Of a stretch of DNA of 60,124 bases, positions 19,454 through 26,411 are shown in pieces. Under the pieces are notes generated by a model. It was not told the DNA's origin. It did no database searches and was given only the letters and a program-made list of their open reading frames with translations. The DNA is from a virus (Duplodnaviria > Caudoviricetes). Location: positions 1-60,124 of IMG/VR virus record IMGVR_UViG_3300029448_000032, one strand, 5' to 3'. The position numbers and the translations under genes were made by a program. Every line of letters starts with the position of its first letter. The first letter of the stretch is position 1.

Positions 19454-19921
19454 TTAAGATGGTATAGCTGAAGTTACTCCACTATGAGGGAATATCTCAC
19501 ACTCATGGCAGAACGGTTCTTCTAAAGTATTATCGTTAGGATCATCGTAAGATAACGAGTCTTGCCCACATATAGGACATAGACCACTATTAGGATTCTT
19601 ACGTTCTAACCATACGATACAACGACTCGCGTAGTTTATTAGATCTATTAAGCAGTCTTCAGCAGAATCAAAGTTAACATCACCATCTTGTTCCATTACA
19701 GACCGGAATCTTAAAATCTTGGTAGACATCATAGTGTCAAATGACTTCCATCCATGAGGATAATAGTCTTCATCACATACTGAGCCACCTTGATAGTCTT
19801 TATTCTTCTTACTCATAAGATCTATACATCGGCTAAGAACTTTCTTTGAGTCTTCTAAGTAAGATTCAGTACTCATAACTCTGAAGTCTAGATTATTATT
19901 GTTTCTTAAGTTTAATGACAA
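19454..19921 (-). CDS. Nucleotide-modification-associated domain (Nmad1/DUF1599-like) with C-terminal Zn finger
   Basis: KKNKDY...K..R...EDCLIDLINY; CPIC...CHEC. Confidence 0.7.
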   Translation of the reverse strand: MSLNLRNNNNLDFRVMSTESYLEDSKKVLSRCIDLMSKKNKDYQGGSVCDEDYYPHGWKSFDTMMSTKILRFRSVMEQDGDVNFDSAEDCLIDLINYASRCIVWLERKNPNSGLCPICGQDSLSYDDPNDNTLEEPFCHECEIFPHSGVTSAIPS

Positions 19922-19942
19922 AGCTTTCTCCTTTAATTTTAG

Positions 19943-19969
19943 GTTTAAAAAGCGCGATGAATATCGCGC
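19943..19969 (-). promoter_or_regulatory. Hairpin element (GC stem), candidate vRNAP promoter
   Basis: gtttaaaaa-gcgcg-atgaatat-cgcgc upstream of 19921. Confidence 0.65.
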
Positions 19970-19987
19970 CTTTTATCTAATCATCCA

Positions 19988-20842
19988 TTATGCTGCCAAT
20001 AAACTTTGAAATTGAGGAGAACTAGTCCATTTAGTTACCTCTTTTTCTCGGTTCCACATTGACACAGCTTGAGTATCGTTACCTGTGTTACGTAGTTTAA
20101 AACCATTACGCTTATCAGCATAACTAGCGTAGTTAGTGAATGCACTGTAGATAGAGTAAACGTTTTCTCCACGAGTAGATACTTCTTGGTTGTACAAAGA
20201 TACCATCTTCTCAGCTTGTTTTTCATTCATAATTTTCTTGAATAAATCTTCAACATCTGTATAAGCCGTTGATATTCTTGCCCAATTTTGTAGCATGTCG
20301 GCTTGCTCATAAAAATCGTTAGAAGATCTTTCAAGTTGAGTAGCGAAAGCTGCGATGCTAAAGCCTGAAGTGTTCTTACGTTTAACAATATCGTGCTCAC
20401 CTCTTATCATCTTGTTGGTGCAAAAGAAAGAGATCTGTCCATACACTACAGTGTTAGAGCATAAACCGTCTATTCCGTGTAAACCTATAATACGCTGACC
20501 GATTTTCTCTGAATGCTTGTCGGTAAAGATATCAAAACTTACGTTAGGTAACGTGATATCCATCATCATGAATCCCCCGTTACGAGCAGTACTCCATTTA
20601 ATATGGCAGTCTTGCAGCTCATTGTCGGTTAGTTTATCTTTCATAGTATTCCAAACTGTATGAGCAAAATTACTATGGTTAGTAGCTGTGAAGTCGTTAC
20701 CTACTACATTTAGGTACTGACCTGTGTCTTCTCGATATACATATTTCTTGCCATCGATTTTTGTCGGTTCATACCCTATATCAAAGCTTATATCATCGGG
20801 CACACTGAACTGATCTGTCCTTGTTGTAACATAATCTAACAT
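19988..20842 (-). CDS. DUF932-like protein
   Basis: REDTGQYLNVVG, HGIDG, FFCTNKMI, YSIYSAFTNYAS pattern. Confidence 0.7.
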   Translation of the reverse strand: MLDYVTTRTDQFSVPDDISFDIGYEPTKIDGKKYVYREDTGQYLNVVGNDFTATNHSNFAHTVWNTMKDKLTDNELQDCHIKWSTARNGGFMMMDITLPNVSFDIFTDKHSEKIGQRIIGLHGIDGLCSNTVVYGQISFFCTNKMIRGEHDIVKRKNTSGFSIAAFATQLERSSNDFYEQADMLQNWARISTAYTDVEDLFKKIMNEKQAEKMVSLYNQEVSTRGENVYSIYSAFTNYASYADKRNGFKLRNTGNDTQAVSMWNREKEVTKWTSSPQFQSLLAA

Positions 20843-20868
20843 TGTTATTCCTTCATTTGTTTCTAAGT

Positions 20869-21050
20869 GTGTAGGGAGGATTTGGGTTCACCTCCAACTA
20901 GTTCGACCGAGATACCATTCTCTAACCTACTAGAACTTGTTCCCACTCGGGAGAGTGATGTGATTCTTACTCGCTAGAGCTTGAACCTGGCTACCACGCC
21001 TGAACAATCAAGTTACGCCTCTTGGTAAGACGCGTTTCCTTGCACTACAC
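20869..21050 (-). ncRNA. Structured ncRNA, manA-RNA-motif-like
   Basis: Intergenic; terminal stem GUGUAG/CUACAC, stems CGCGUCUU/AAGAGGCG and GGAGG/CCUCC, long-range GGUUC/GAACC and CCGAG/CUCGG; family name is from recall. Confidence 0.65.
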
Positions 21051-21129
21051 TATTTGACCCGTCGGTCAAAACGGTTTATACGAGAAAGCCGTAAGACGTT
21101 TTGCGCCACATATTTTTCTCGTATTCTTT

Positions 21130-21228
21130 TTATTTTGCAGTGTATCTAGCTATTATATCTGCTAAATACCATATGACGTAGGCTAATGCTGCACCACCTG
21201 CAAAACTATATACTATAATTTCAATCAT
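21130..21228 (-). CDS. 32-aa single-TM peptide
   Basis: MIEIIVYSFAGGAALAYVIWYLADIIARYTAK, translated by hand. Confidence 0.5.
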   Translation of the reverse strand: MIEIIVYSFAGGAALAYVIWYLADIIARYTAK

Positions 21229-21230
21229 AC

Positions 21231-21551
21231 TTAACTTCTTTCGTGTACGTATACATCGAAATGAGTTGCCTTATCTAAGGGAAGATAGCAATCATAAGCT
21301 CTTGGGTGTCTTCCTTCTACCCTTGCCCATGCAGTACGCTGTCCTCGACCCATAAATCTAACTCTATGTTTAGTACTTGAATCTTTATTCATTAATTTCA
21401 CAGCTTGTTTCAAAGTTTTCACTGCTTCATCATCTCTATTTGTAACTGTAAATTTATATCCGCTTAATGGAGATCTCTCTTTGGTCCATCTTGCTAATGC
21501 TTGGCTTGATCTTTTCATATTGTTTCCTTTTCTTTGAAGTTTTGCATCCAC
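21231..21551 (-). CDS. Hypothetical protein
   Basis: ORF; likely start MKRSS (21518). Confidence 0.65.
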   Translation of the reverse strand: MDAKLQRKGNNMKRSSQALARWTKERSPLSGYKFTVTNRDDEAVKTLKQAVKLMNKDSSTKHRVRFMGRGQRTAWARVEGRHPRAYDCYLPLDKATHFDVYVHERS

Positions 21552-21700
21552 TCGGCTAGTAAGTCTGCTGCAGTTTCTCTATCTAAGTCGAAGTCTTCTA
21601 CTAAGTAAGTAACTGCTCCGAACATATTGACTTCGCCTCCTTCTCTTAAGCTATTTAAGAATTTGAAGATTCGGTTCTTTAAAGTTTTAGTAATTTTCAT
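21515..21700 (-). CDS. Conserved phage hypothetical protein
   Basis: FLNSLREGG.VNMFGA..YL pattern. Confidence 0.65.
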   Translation of the reverse strand: MKITKTLKNRIFKFLNSLREGGEVNMFGAVTYLVEDFDLDRETAADLLAEWMQNFKEKETI

Positions 21701-21930
21701 TAGTAATTCTCCGTTGGAACGAGCTCTAAGCAGAGCGTTTGCTTTCGACTGTACATCGGTTTATAGCTTAAAGGATTCTTGTAACCCTTTGAAAACGTTA
21801 TAAAAATCTCATCAGATCTTTCGTGACAAGCCTCATAACTAGTGTACGGTCCTTGAGTATCGAGAATGTAGAAACATTCGTTAGTATAAATGTGACATAG
21901 CAACAAAGCTACTTTGATGGGATACATCAT
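21700..21930 (-). CDS. Small Cys-patterned protein (paralog of 29632-29832)
   Basis: LC..C...DT.G.....C..R..E...C. Confidence 0.6.
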   Translation of the reverse strand: MMYPIKVALLLCHIYTNECFYILDTQGPYTSYEACHERSDEIFITFSKGYKNPLSYKPMYSRKQTLCLELVPTENY

Positions 21931-22139
21931 TAGCTTTGCTGCTTAATCAGTTCTTCGAGATACCACTTAGCTTTGTTCAAATCACTAGCTGCCTTACCTT
22001 TATATCGGTAACGCCAAATGTATTTGATAATATTGCCTTGTAGATATCCTTCATATCCATCACTACACGCTGCTTTTATGGCGGTTATGCATTCGATATC
22101 GCCTTGTTTGTAATGAGGTGGATTTATTTCGTTACTCAT
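21930..22139 (-). CDS. DUF3310 protein (T7 gp1.7-like nucleotide kinase domain)
   Basis: INPPHY..IECI...GNIIKYIWR..K....DL.KA.WYL. Confidence 0.85.
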   Translation of the reverse strand: MSNEINPPHYKQGDIECITAIKAACSDGYEGYLQGNIIKYIWRYRYKGKAASDLNKAKWYLEELIKQQS

Positions 22140-22581
22140 CTGGGTTGTATCCTTCCTCTAAAAAGACATCTAAAATCAATTGTTCAGTGAATTTATCTAA
22201 GTCTTTCTCTACGGTTGTTATGTAACTTTCTGAGACATTCTTTGATAATAGTAATTGGATAATCTCAGATCTGAAAGCGTTAAGAGCTTCAGTATACTGG
22301 TCACCAATAAATCTTTGAATCTCTTCAAATTTCTCGTTGGTTATAGTAGCTACTAGATCGTCAACATCATTATCTAAATGCTTATGAATGTTAGACTCTC
22401 CTTGGTTCTCAGCTCTTAATAGTCCTTCACGGACTAACTCGAATGATTTTCTATAAGCTTCTGCGACTTCAGGTTTTTGTTCTTTATGCGCAGTTTCTAT
22501 AAGATTATCGAGTTGTTGAGTAGTAGATTGAAATGCAGATCGCACTGCAGGGAAATGTAGTATGTTGGATATTGTTGTCAT
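22132..22581 (-). CDS. Hypothetical acidic helical protein
   Basis: ORF only. Confidence 0.6.
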   Translation of the reverse strand: MTTISNILHFPAVRSAFQSTTQQLDNLIETAHKEQKPEVAEAYRKSFELVREGLLRAENQGESNIHKHLDNDVDDLVATITNEKFEEIQRFIGDQYTEALNAFRSEIIQLLLSKNVSESYITTVEKDLDKFTEQLILDVFLEEGYNPDE

Positions 22582-22803
22582 CTCGCCACCCTTTCACTGG
22601 CTATCATTTGGTCGGTTATGTTCTAAAGTAGTTTCGCCAGCACCTAATACATCTTGGTGCCAGCGATAATTATTCCTGCAAATATTCCTAATATTATTAA
22701 TGTGTACAAAATTATCGCCTTTCCTGTAATATAATCAATCCAAGAATAACGAAACCTAGTACTATCCAGAACGATAGAGGCATAACGGTTCTCCTTTCTA
22801 AAC

Positions 22804-22837
22804 AGTACCAAGCCTAGATGTTTCTAGACTTGATACT
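22804..22837 (-). other. 15-bp RNA hairpin downstream of the SSB gene (processing site or terminator)
   Basis: AGUAUCAAGUCUAGA-AACA-UCUAGGCUUGGUACU; fully paired only on the minus strand through G-U pairs. Confidence 0.55.
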
Positions 22838-22846
22838 CAGAGAGGT

Positions 22847-23338
22847 TTAGAATGGCAATTGTTTCTCTTCAGCAGGTTTAGTTTCTGTTGATTCGACAAC
22901 ATCGAAACCAGCTGTTGGAGTATATTCAACTAATTCTACGACTTGAACCGCAGTTAGTGAAGTAGCTATGCCGCTACGTCCTGGAGCTTCATAAGCGTAT
23001 TGCCAAAGATTTACGTTTACCTTTGAGCCGTTGCCAATGTTGTCACCAGTAATTGGAGTTAGTTTAGCGTCAACGATTTTAACTGGAGCATTTGGGTTTC
23101 CATCGGCTTTAATGCCTTTACGCTTTAAGTTCACAGAGAAAAGCTTTTCGTCTTCTTTGTCTTGTTTGACAGTAAGACCATGATCTTTAAGCTCTTGAAC
23201 TTTTGCAGGATCACTAGTTTGAATCATCATTTCCCACTGTTTAGATCCAAATGGATTAACAGGAGCATCTGATCCAGAGATTCGGCAGAATTTAGCAGTT
23301 AAATCTTTAACAATTATTGAACGAGGATAATCACTCAT
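22847..23338 (-). CDS. Single-stranded DNA-binding protein (T7 gp2.5-like)
   Basis: IGNGS.V.V, L.AVQVVELVEY, acidic tail ending LPF. Confidence 0.85.
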   Translation of the reverse strand: MSDYPRSIIVKDLTAKFCRISGSDAPVNPFGSKQWEMMIQTSDPAKVQELKDHGLTVKQDKEDEKLFSVNLKRKGIKADGNPNAPVKIVDAKLTPITGDNIGNGSKVNVNLWQYAYEAPGRSGIATSLTAVQVVELVEYTPTAGFDVVESTETKPAEEKQLPF

Positions 23339-23382
23339 TTTTAAGGTTCCTTTATAGACTAAGTTAAGTTAAAAGATATTAT

Positions 23383-23409
23383 GTTTAAAAAGCGCGATGA
23401 ATATCGCGC
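23383..23409 (-). promoter_or_regulatory. Hairpin element (GC stem), candidate vRNAP promoter
   Basis: gtttaaaaa-gcgcg-atgaatat-cgcgc upstream of the SSB gene. Confidence 0.65.
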
Positions 23410-23442
23410 CTTTAACATAGGGTAGTAAGGTAGTATAGAGAG

Positions 23443-23640
23443 TTATTTAAAGAATATAATATAGAGAAGAGAAAAAGTCGCAAAAACAAAACATGTCATT
23501 GAGACTATGAATGCTATCACGTCGGGTTGATAGTATCCAAGATCGGCCACTCTAGTACTTTCCATAGAATTTAGAAATATAATTCCCATGTAAGTATAAA
23601 GGGCAGAAAGGGCAAGAAAAGAGATTCTAGTTAGTATCAT
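23443..23640 (-). CDS. Small two-TM membrane protein
   Basis: Two hydrophobic segments; start MILTR after GGAGG. Confidence 0.6.
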   Translation of the reverse strand: MILTRISFLALSALYTYMGIIFLNSMESTRVADLGYYQPDVIAFIVSMTCFVFATFSLLYIIFFK

Positions 23641-23720
23641 TTGAAGCCTCCTGATAGCCAGTAGCAATACCCGAAGGCAGCTAATAGTGTGGTTAATGAG
23701 ATAAAAATATTAAAGAGCAT
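23637..23720 (-). CDS. 27-aa single-TM peptide
   Basis: MLFNIFISLTTLLAAFGYCYWLSGGFK with AAAGGA RBS and ATGA overlap. Confidence 0.5.
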   Translation of the reverse strand: MLFNIFISLTTLLAAFGYCYWLSGGFK

Positions 23721-23737
23721 GTTGGTTCCTTTCGGGG

Positions 23738-23765
23738 AAAAAGGCGACAGCCCGAAGGCTGCCGC
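23738..23765 (-). terminator. Intrinsic terminator with UUCG loop
   Basis: GCGGCAGCC-UUCG-GGCUGUCGC followed by a U-run. Confidence 0.85.
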
Positions 23766-23779
23766 AGTTTGCACATTAA

Positions 23780-24046
23780 CTAGTTAACAAGGCATTTATC
23801 GTTATGGGTAGGTAATTTTTTAATCTTTTCCATGATTTCCATTACCTTATCCATTGATAAGCGGCCCATAACATCATCAGCTATTGGAGTATCATAACAG
23901 ATATCCCAGAAGTCAGAAAAGCCTTCAGATGTTTTAGTCCATTTGACTACAGCTAGTTCATATAGACCTTTTTCAGATCCATAGCCATTATCTATTATAC
24001 TAGCACCATAGCCATTATCGAAGCGAGAGATAGTTTGAGTCATCAT
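23780..24046 (-). CDS. Conserved phage hypothetical protein
   Basis: FDNGYGASII...GLYELAV...DDVMG pattern. Confidence 0.7.
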   Translation of the reverse strand: MMTQTISRFDNGYGASIIDNGYGSEKGLYELAVVKWTKTSEGFSDFWDICYDTPIADDVMGRLSMDKVMEIMEKIKKLPTHNDKCLVN

Positions 24047-24204
24047 ATTTCCTTTCTATTTGATCTATGTGATCTTCTCCAAATTAAAAACTTAGGGTCG
24101 TGATGTTTGCCATAACAATCGGCACAATAAGTATTTTGTGGTATTTTTACATATATAAAAGCATTAGGCTTACAACATGTAATGCACTTAGTTTCAACTT
24201 TCAT
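24043..24204 (-). CDS. 53-aa Zn-finger protein
   Basis: MKVETKCITCC...YCADCY...; GAAAGGA RBS; translated by hand. Confidence 0.55.
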   Translation of the reverse strand: MKVETKCITCCKPNAFIYVKIPQNTYCADCYGKHHDPKFLIWRRSHRSNRKEI

Positions 24205-24226
24205 TCTGTATCCTTTCTGTGTTTAT

Positions 24227-24333
24227 CGCGGAGGAAGGATCCGTGCCTTCCAACTTCTACCCCTAAAGCAGAAGAGCTTACCACTTACGGTAACCGAACT
24301 ATGGCTAGGTAACCATTATTATTCGCATCCGCG
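24227..24333 (-). ncRNA. Candidate multibranched structured RNA
   Basis: Closing stem CGCGGA/UCCGCG enclosing four short hairpins. Confidence 0.35.
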
Positions 24334-24426
24334 TATAGATCATAATAGCGCTTATATTACAAGAATTTTACTAATTAAATAGGACGTAGCGAGCGTCAAC
24401 GATTATTTCTATTACGATCTATATTC

Positions 24427-24819
24427 TTATAAGAAAAAGAGCTCATCTCTGGCTTTCATAAGTAGCTCAGGAAAAGCTTTTTTCCAATAGCCTTTTTCTT
24501 GGACATGCGTAAGTTCATATCCTTTAGTTTTCCATAAAGCTTTTAAAGCATAATCATGCTCATTAAAGCTCTTTAAAATAAGCTTATACATTAGAGTTCG
24601 ATTAATATCTTTATTGGCTTTATAGTTTCCAGTATGCTTTACACCATTATCCCATTTCTTATTATAGGTTAGTTCATCGAATGTTCCAGATTTCCAAGTC
24701 TGGTACGCATGCTCAACGGATTTATATTCTAGTCCGTTAGTATCTTTAAATGGTCTAAGAGAAAGATTGCTTAAGATAGCATTCTCTCCGGTTCCATAAT
24801 ATATATTTAAGGTTTTCAT
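24427..24819 (-). CDS. NADAR/YbiA-like protein
   Basis: LSNL..RPF...G.EYKSVEHAYQ..K, M..LI..SF, L..T.G.EL, LMKARDEL. Confidence 0.7.
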   Translation of the reverse strand: MKTLNIYYGTGENAILSNLSLRPFKDTNGLEYKSVEHAYQTWKSGTFDELTYNKKWDNGVKHTGNYKANKDINRTLMYKLILKSFNEHDYALKALWKTKGYELTHVQEKGYWKKAFPELLMKARDELFFL

Positions 24820-24847
24820 AATGTGCCTTTCGTATTATTTATATTAA

Positions 24848-24875
24848 GTTTTAAAAATTTTATGGATATAAAATT
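24848..24875 (-). promoter_or_regulatory. Hairpin element (AT stem), candidate vRNAP promoter
   Basis: gttttaaaa-atttt-atggatat-aaaat upstream of the NADAR gene. Confidence 0.65.
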
Positions 24876-24910
24876 GGATGTCGGCATACACTACGGTATT
24901 ACTTTGTTTT

Positions 24911-24935
24911 AAAAGAGCACCTTGCGATGCTCTTT
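24911..24935 (-). terminator. Intrinsic terminator with GCAA loop
   Basis: GAGCAUC-GCAA-GGUGCUC-UUUU downstream of the stop at 24944. Confidence 0.75.
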
Positions 24936-24943
24936 AGAGAGGT

Positions 24944-25393
24944 TTAATTAAGCGCAGGATCGCTAGTAGGATGCTCTATTTCAGTATTATAGAGAAACGT
25001 AGTAGGATCTTCGAGTGCAGTAGATACAGCAGGCCAATCAGGGCAGAATTCATTGAACTCTTTTTGTGTCCACTTATAGTTATTTTTGTTGTGGTAAGGA
25101 TCGTCGATTAATGCATGCATATTAGCATAATGCTTTATCCACGATGCGAACTCTATACGAACATATTGATCGACAGACCAAGGCGAGGTTTGCGGGCCAA
25201 ATTGCTTATGGATATCATTGCTGATATCGTCGACTGTTTGCAGCTTATTGGTTGTAGGATGGAACATTAAGGTGCGAACTAGTTGGCTTGCAATAGCTTC
25301 AGCTGCGAAGTTAGGTGGTTCAACATATGACTCAAGTTTAGCTGGATCGTATTTAATGTTGGTATTATATTTATTCTTTTTACGCATGTGCAT
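24944..25393 (-). CDS. Early hypothetical protein
   Basis: ORF flanked by its own hairpin element and terminator. Confidence 0.7.
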   Translation of the reverse strand: MHMRKKNKYNTNIKYDPAKLESYVEPPNFAAEAIASQLVRTLMFHPTTNKLQTVDDISNDIHKQFGPQTSPWSVDQYVRIEFASWIKHYANMHALIDDPYHNKNNYKWTQKEFNEFCPDWPAVSTALEDPTTFLYNTEIEHPTSDPALN

Positions 25394-25446
25394 AGACTTT
25401 CTATATTATTATTGTTGTTGATATATTAAAGATTAGATTAATATAT

Positions 25447-25474
25447 GTTTTAAAAATTTTATGAATATAAAATT
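25447..25474 (-). promoter_or_regulatory. Hairpin element (AT stem), candidate vRNAP promoter
   Basis: gttttaaaa-atttt-atgaatat-aaaat. Confidence 0.65.
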
Positions 25475-25631
25475 TGAGGAATGTAAAGGAAGTATATATG
25501 TTGAAGGATAAAGAGGTCCGCTAACCTTCAGGTTGGTGGGCTCGTGGGTGCCGCGAGGTGTCACAATAATCATGCAAATGTTGTACTTAGTAGAGGTATA
25601 GGGAGTGTTACCGCCCTGCCGGACCCCCTTT

Positions 25632-25647
25632 TCTCTAATAGGAGACA
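25632..25647 (-). promoter_or_regulatory. T7-style phage promoter (leftward)
   Basis: Reverse complement reads TGTCTCCTATTAGAGA, identical to the copy at 47970. Confidence 0.65.
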
Positions 25648-25711
25648 GTTCTGGCCTGCCTTACGCTAGGCGGTATATCACTACGGTGCAACCACTGCGG
25701 TGAAACTTTAA

Positions 25712-25739
25712 AAAAATAACCCCGTTAGGGGTTATTTTT
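25712..25739. terminator. Bidirectional-type terminator after the G-less gene
   Basis: aaaaataacccc-gtta-ggggttattttt. Confidence 0.8.
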
Positions 25740-25751
25740 AGTGTGTGGAAG

Positions 25752-26132
25752 TTAGAAGGGAAGATTAGTATTAGGAATAGAAGGTGGAGTAGAAGAAGTA
25801 GAGGTAGGAGTAGTGGTAGAAGTAGAGGTAGAAGGTTGAGATTGGATAGGAGAAGTAGAAGGAAAAGTAGAAGGTTGAGGGTTGAAAGGAATATTAGAGG
25901 AAGGTGCAATAATATCAGGAGTAGAAGGAAGGTTTAGTTTTTGGTTGATAGTATTGTGGAATTTAGGGTAGAAGGTATTAGTTTGAGTATTATAGAGAAG
26001 ATAGTAAAGTTGAAGAGATTTGTTAGTTTTAGAGATTAAATGGTTGAAGTTAGGATGGGTGAAGAAAGTATGAAAGTTATTTAATTGAGGAGTATTATAT
26101 AAAGGATTGAATATATTTGTAAATGGTGACAT
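25752..26132 (-). CDS. Outermost early gene with a near G-free mRNA; 126-aa N/T/P/S/F/L-rich protein
   Basis: Only 3 G in 381 nt; leader GAAAG(G)CACATTATG shared with 24819; own hairpin element and terminator. Confidence 0.65.
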   Translation of the reverse strand: MSPFTNIFNPLYNTPQLNNFHTFFTHPNFNHLISKTNKSLQLYYLLYNTQTNTFYPKFHNTINQKLNLPSTPDIIAPSSNIPFNPQPSTFPSTSPIQSQPSTSTSTTTPTSTSSTPPSIPNTNLPF

Positions 26133-26183
26133 AATGTGCTTTCTATTAGTTAATGTGAAATATTTTAAAAAGAGATAAAATAT

Positions 26184-26211
26184 GTTTTAAAAATTTTATG
26201 GATATAAAATT
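26184..26211 (-). promoter_or_regulatory. Hairpin element (AT stem), candidate first vRNAP promoter
   Basis: gttttaaaa-atttt-atggatat-aaaat. Confidence 0.65.
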
Positions 26212-26239
26212 TGTGGTTAAGAAAGAGAATTGATTTAGA

Positions 26240-26293
26240 ATAGAGAGAGATAGTGAGGAAGAGTTTGTTGAAGGATAGAGAGAGATAGTGAGG
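26240..26293. repeat. 19-bp direct repeat ATAGAGAGAGATAGTGAGG (two copies) at the strand switch
   Basis: Copies at 26240-26258 and 26275-26293. Confidence 0.8.
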
Positions 26294-26395
26294 GAAGAGA
26301 GAGAGAGGAATGATGAGGGAAAAAGTAGGGGGCCTGAAAAAGAGGGATGGGGTATATATATATATTATAATTTTTTAAGGTTTCTCTTAAAGAAG

Positions 26396-26411
26396 TGTCT
26401 CCTAGTAGAGA
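26396..26411 (+). promoter_or_regulatory. T7-style phage promoter upstream of the terminase
   Basis: TGTCTCCTAGTAGAGA. Confidence 0.65.

Noticed and set aside
17607-23409. GC hairpins as simple intrinsic terminators only
   Set aside because: Not excluded, but they share loop and spacing with A/T-stem copies too weak to terminate, and all sit just before start codons
20869-24333. tRNA or tmRNA in the two structured intergenic regions
   Set aside because: No cloverleaf with T-loop and CCA end, and no tag reading frame recognised
25661-25937. Arg/Ser-rich (25743+) and Leu-rich (25661-) ORFs
   Set aside because: Alternative frames produced by the C-free composition; only 25752-26132 has RBS, upstream element and terminator
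9477-26132. Lysogeny module or DNA glycosyltransferase
   Set aside because: No integrase, repressor or glycosyltransferase motifs recognised; a remote homologue among the hypotheticals cannot be excluded
17607-26211. Repeated hairpins as a CRISPR array
   Set aside because: Copies are hundreds to thousands of bases apart and separated by genes
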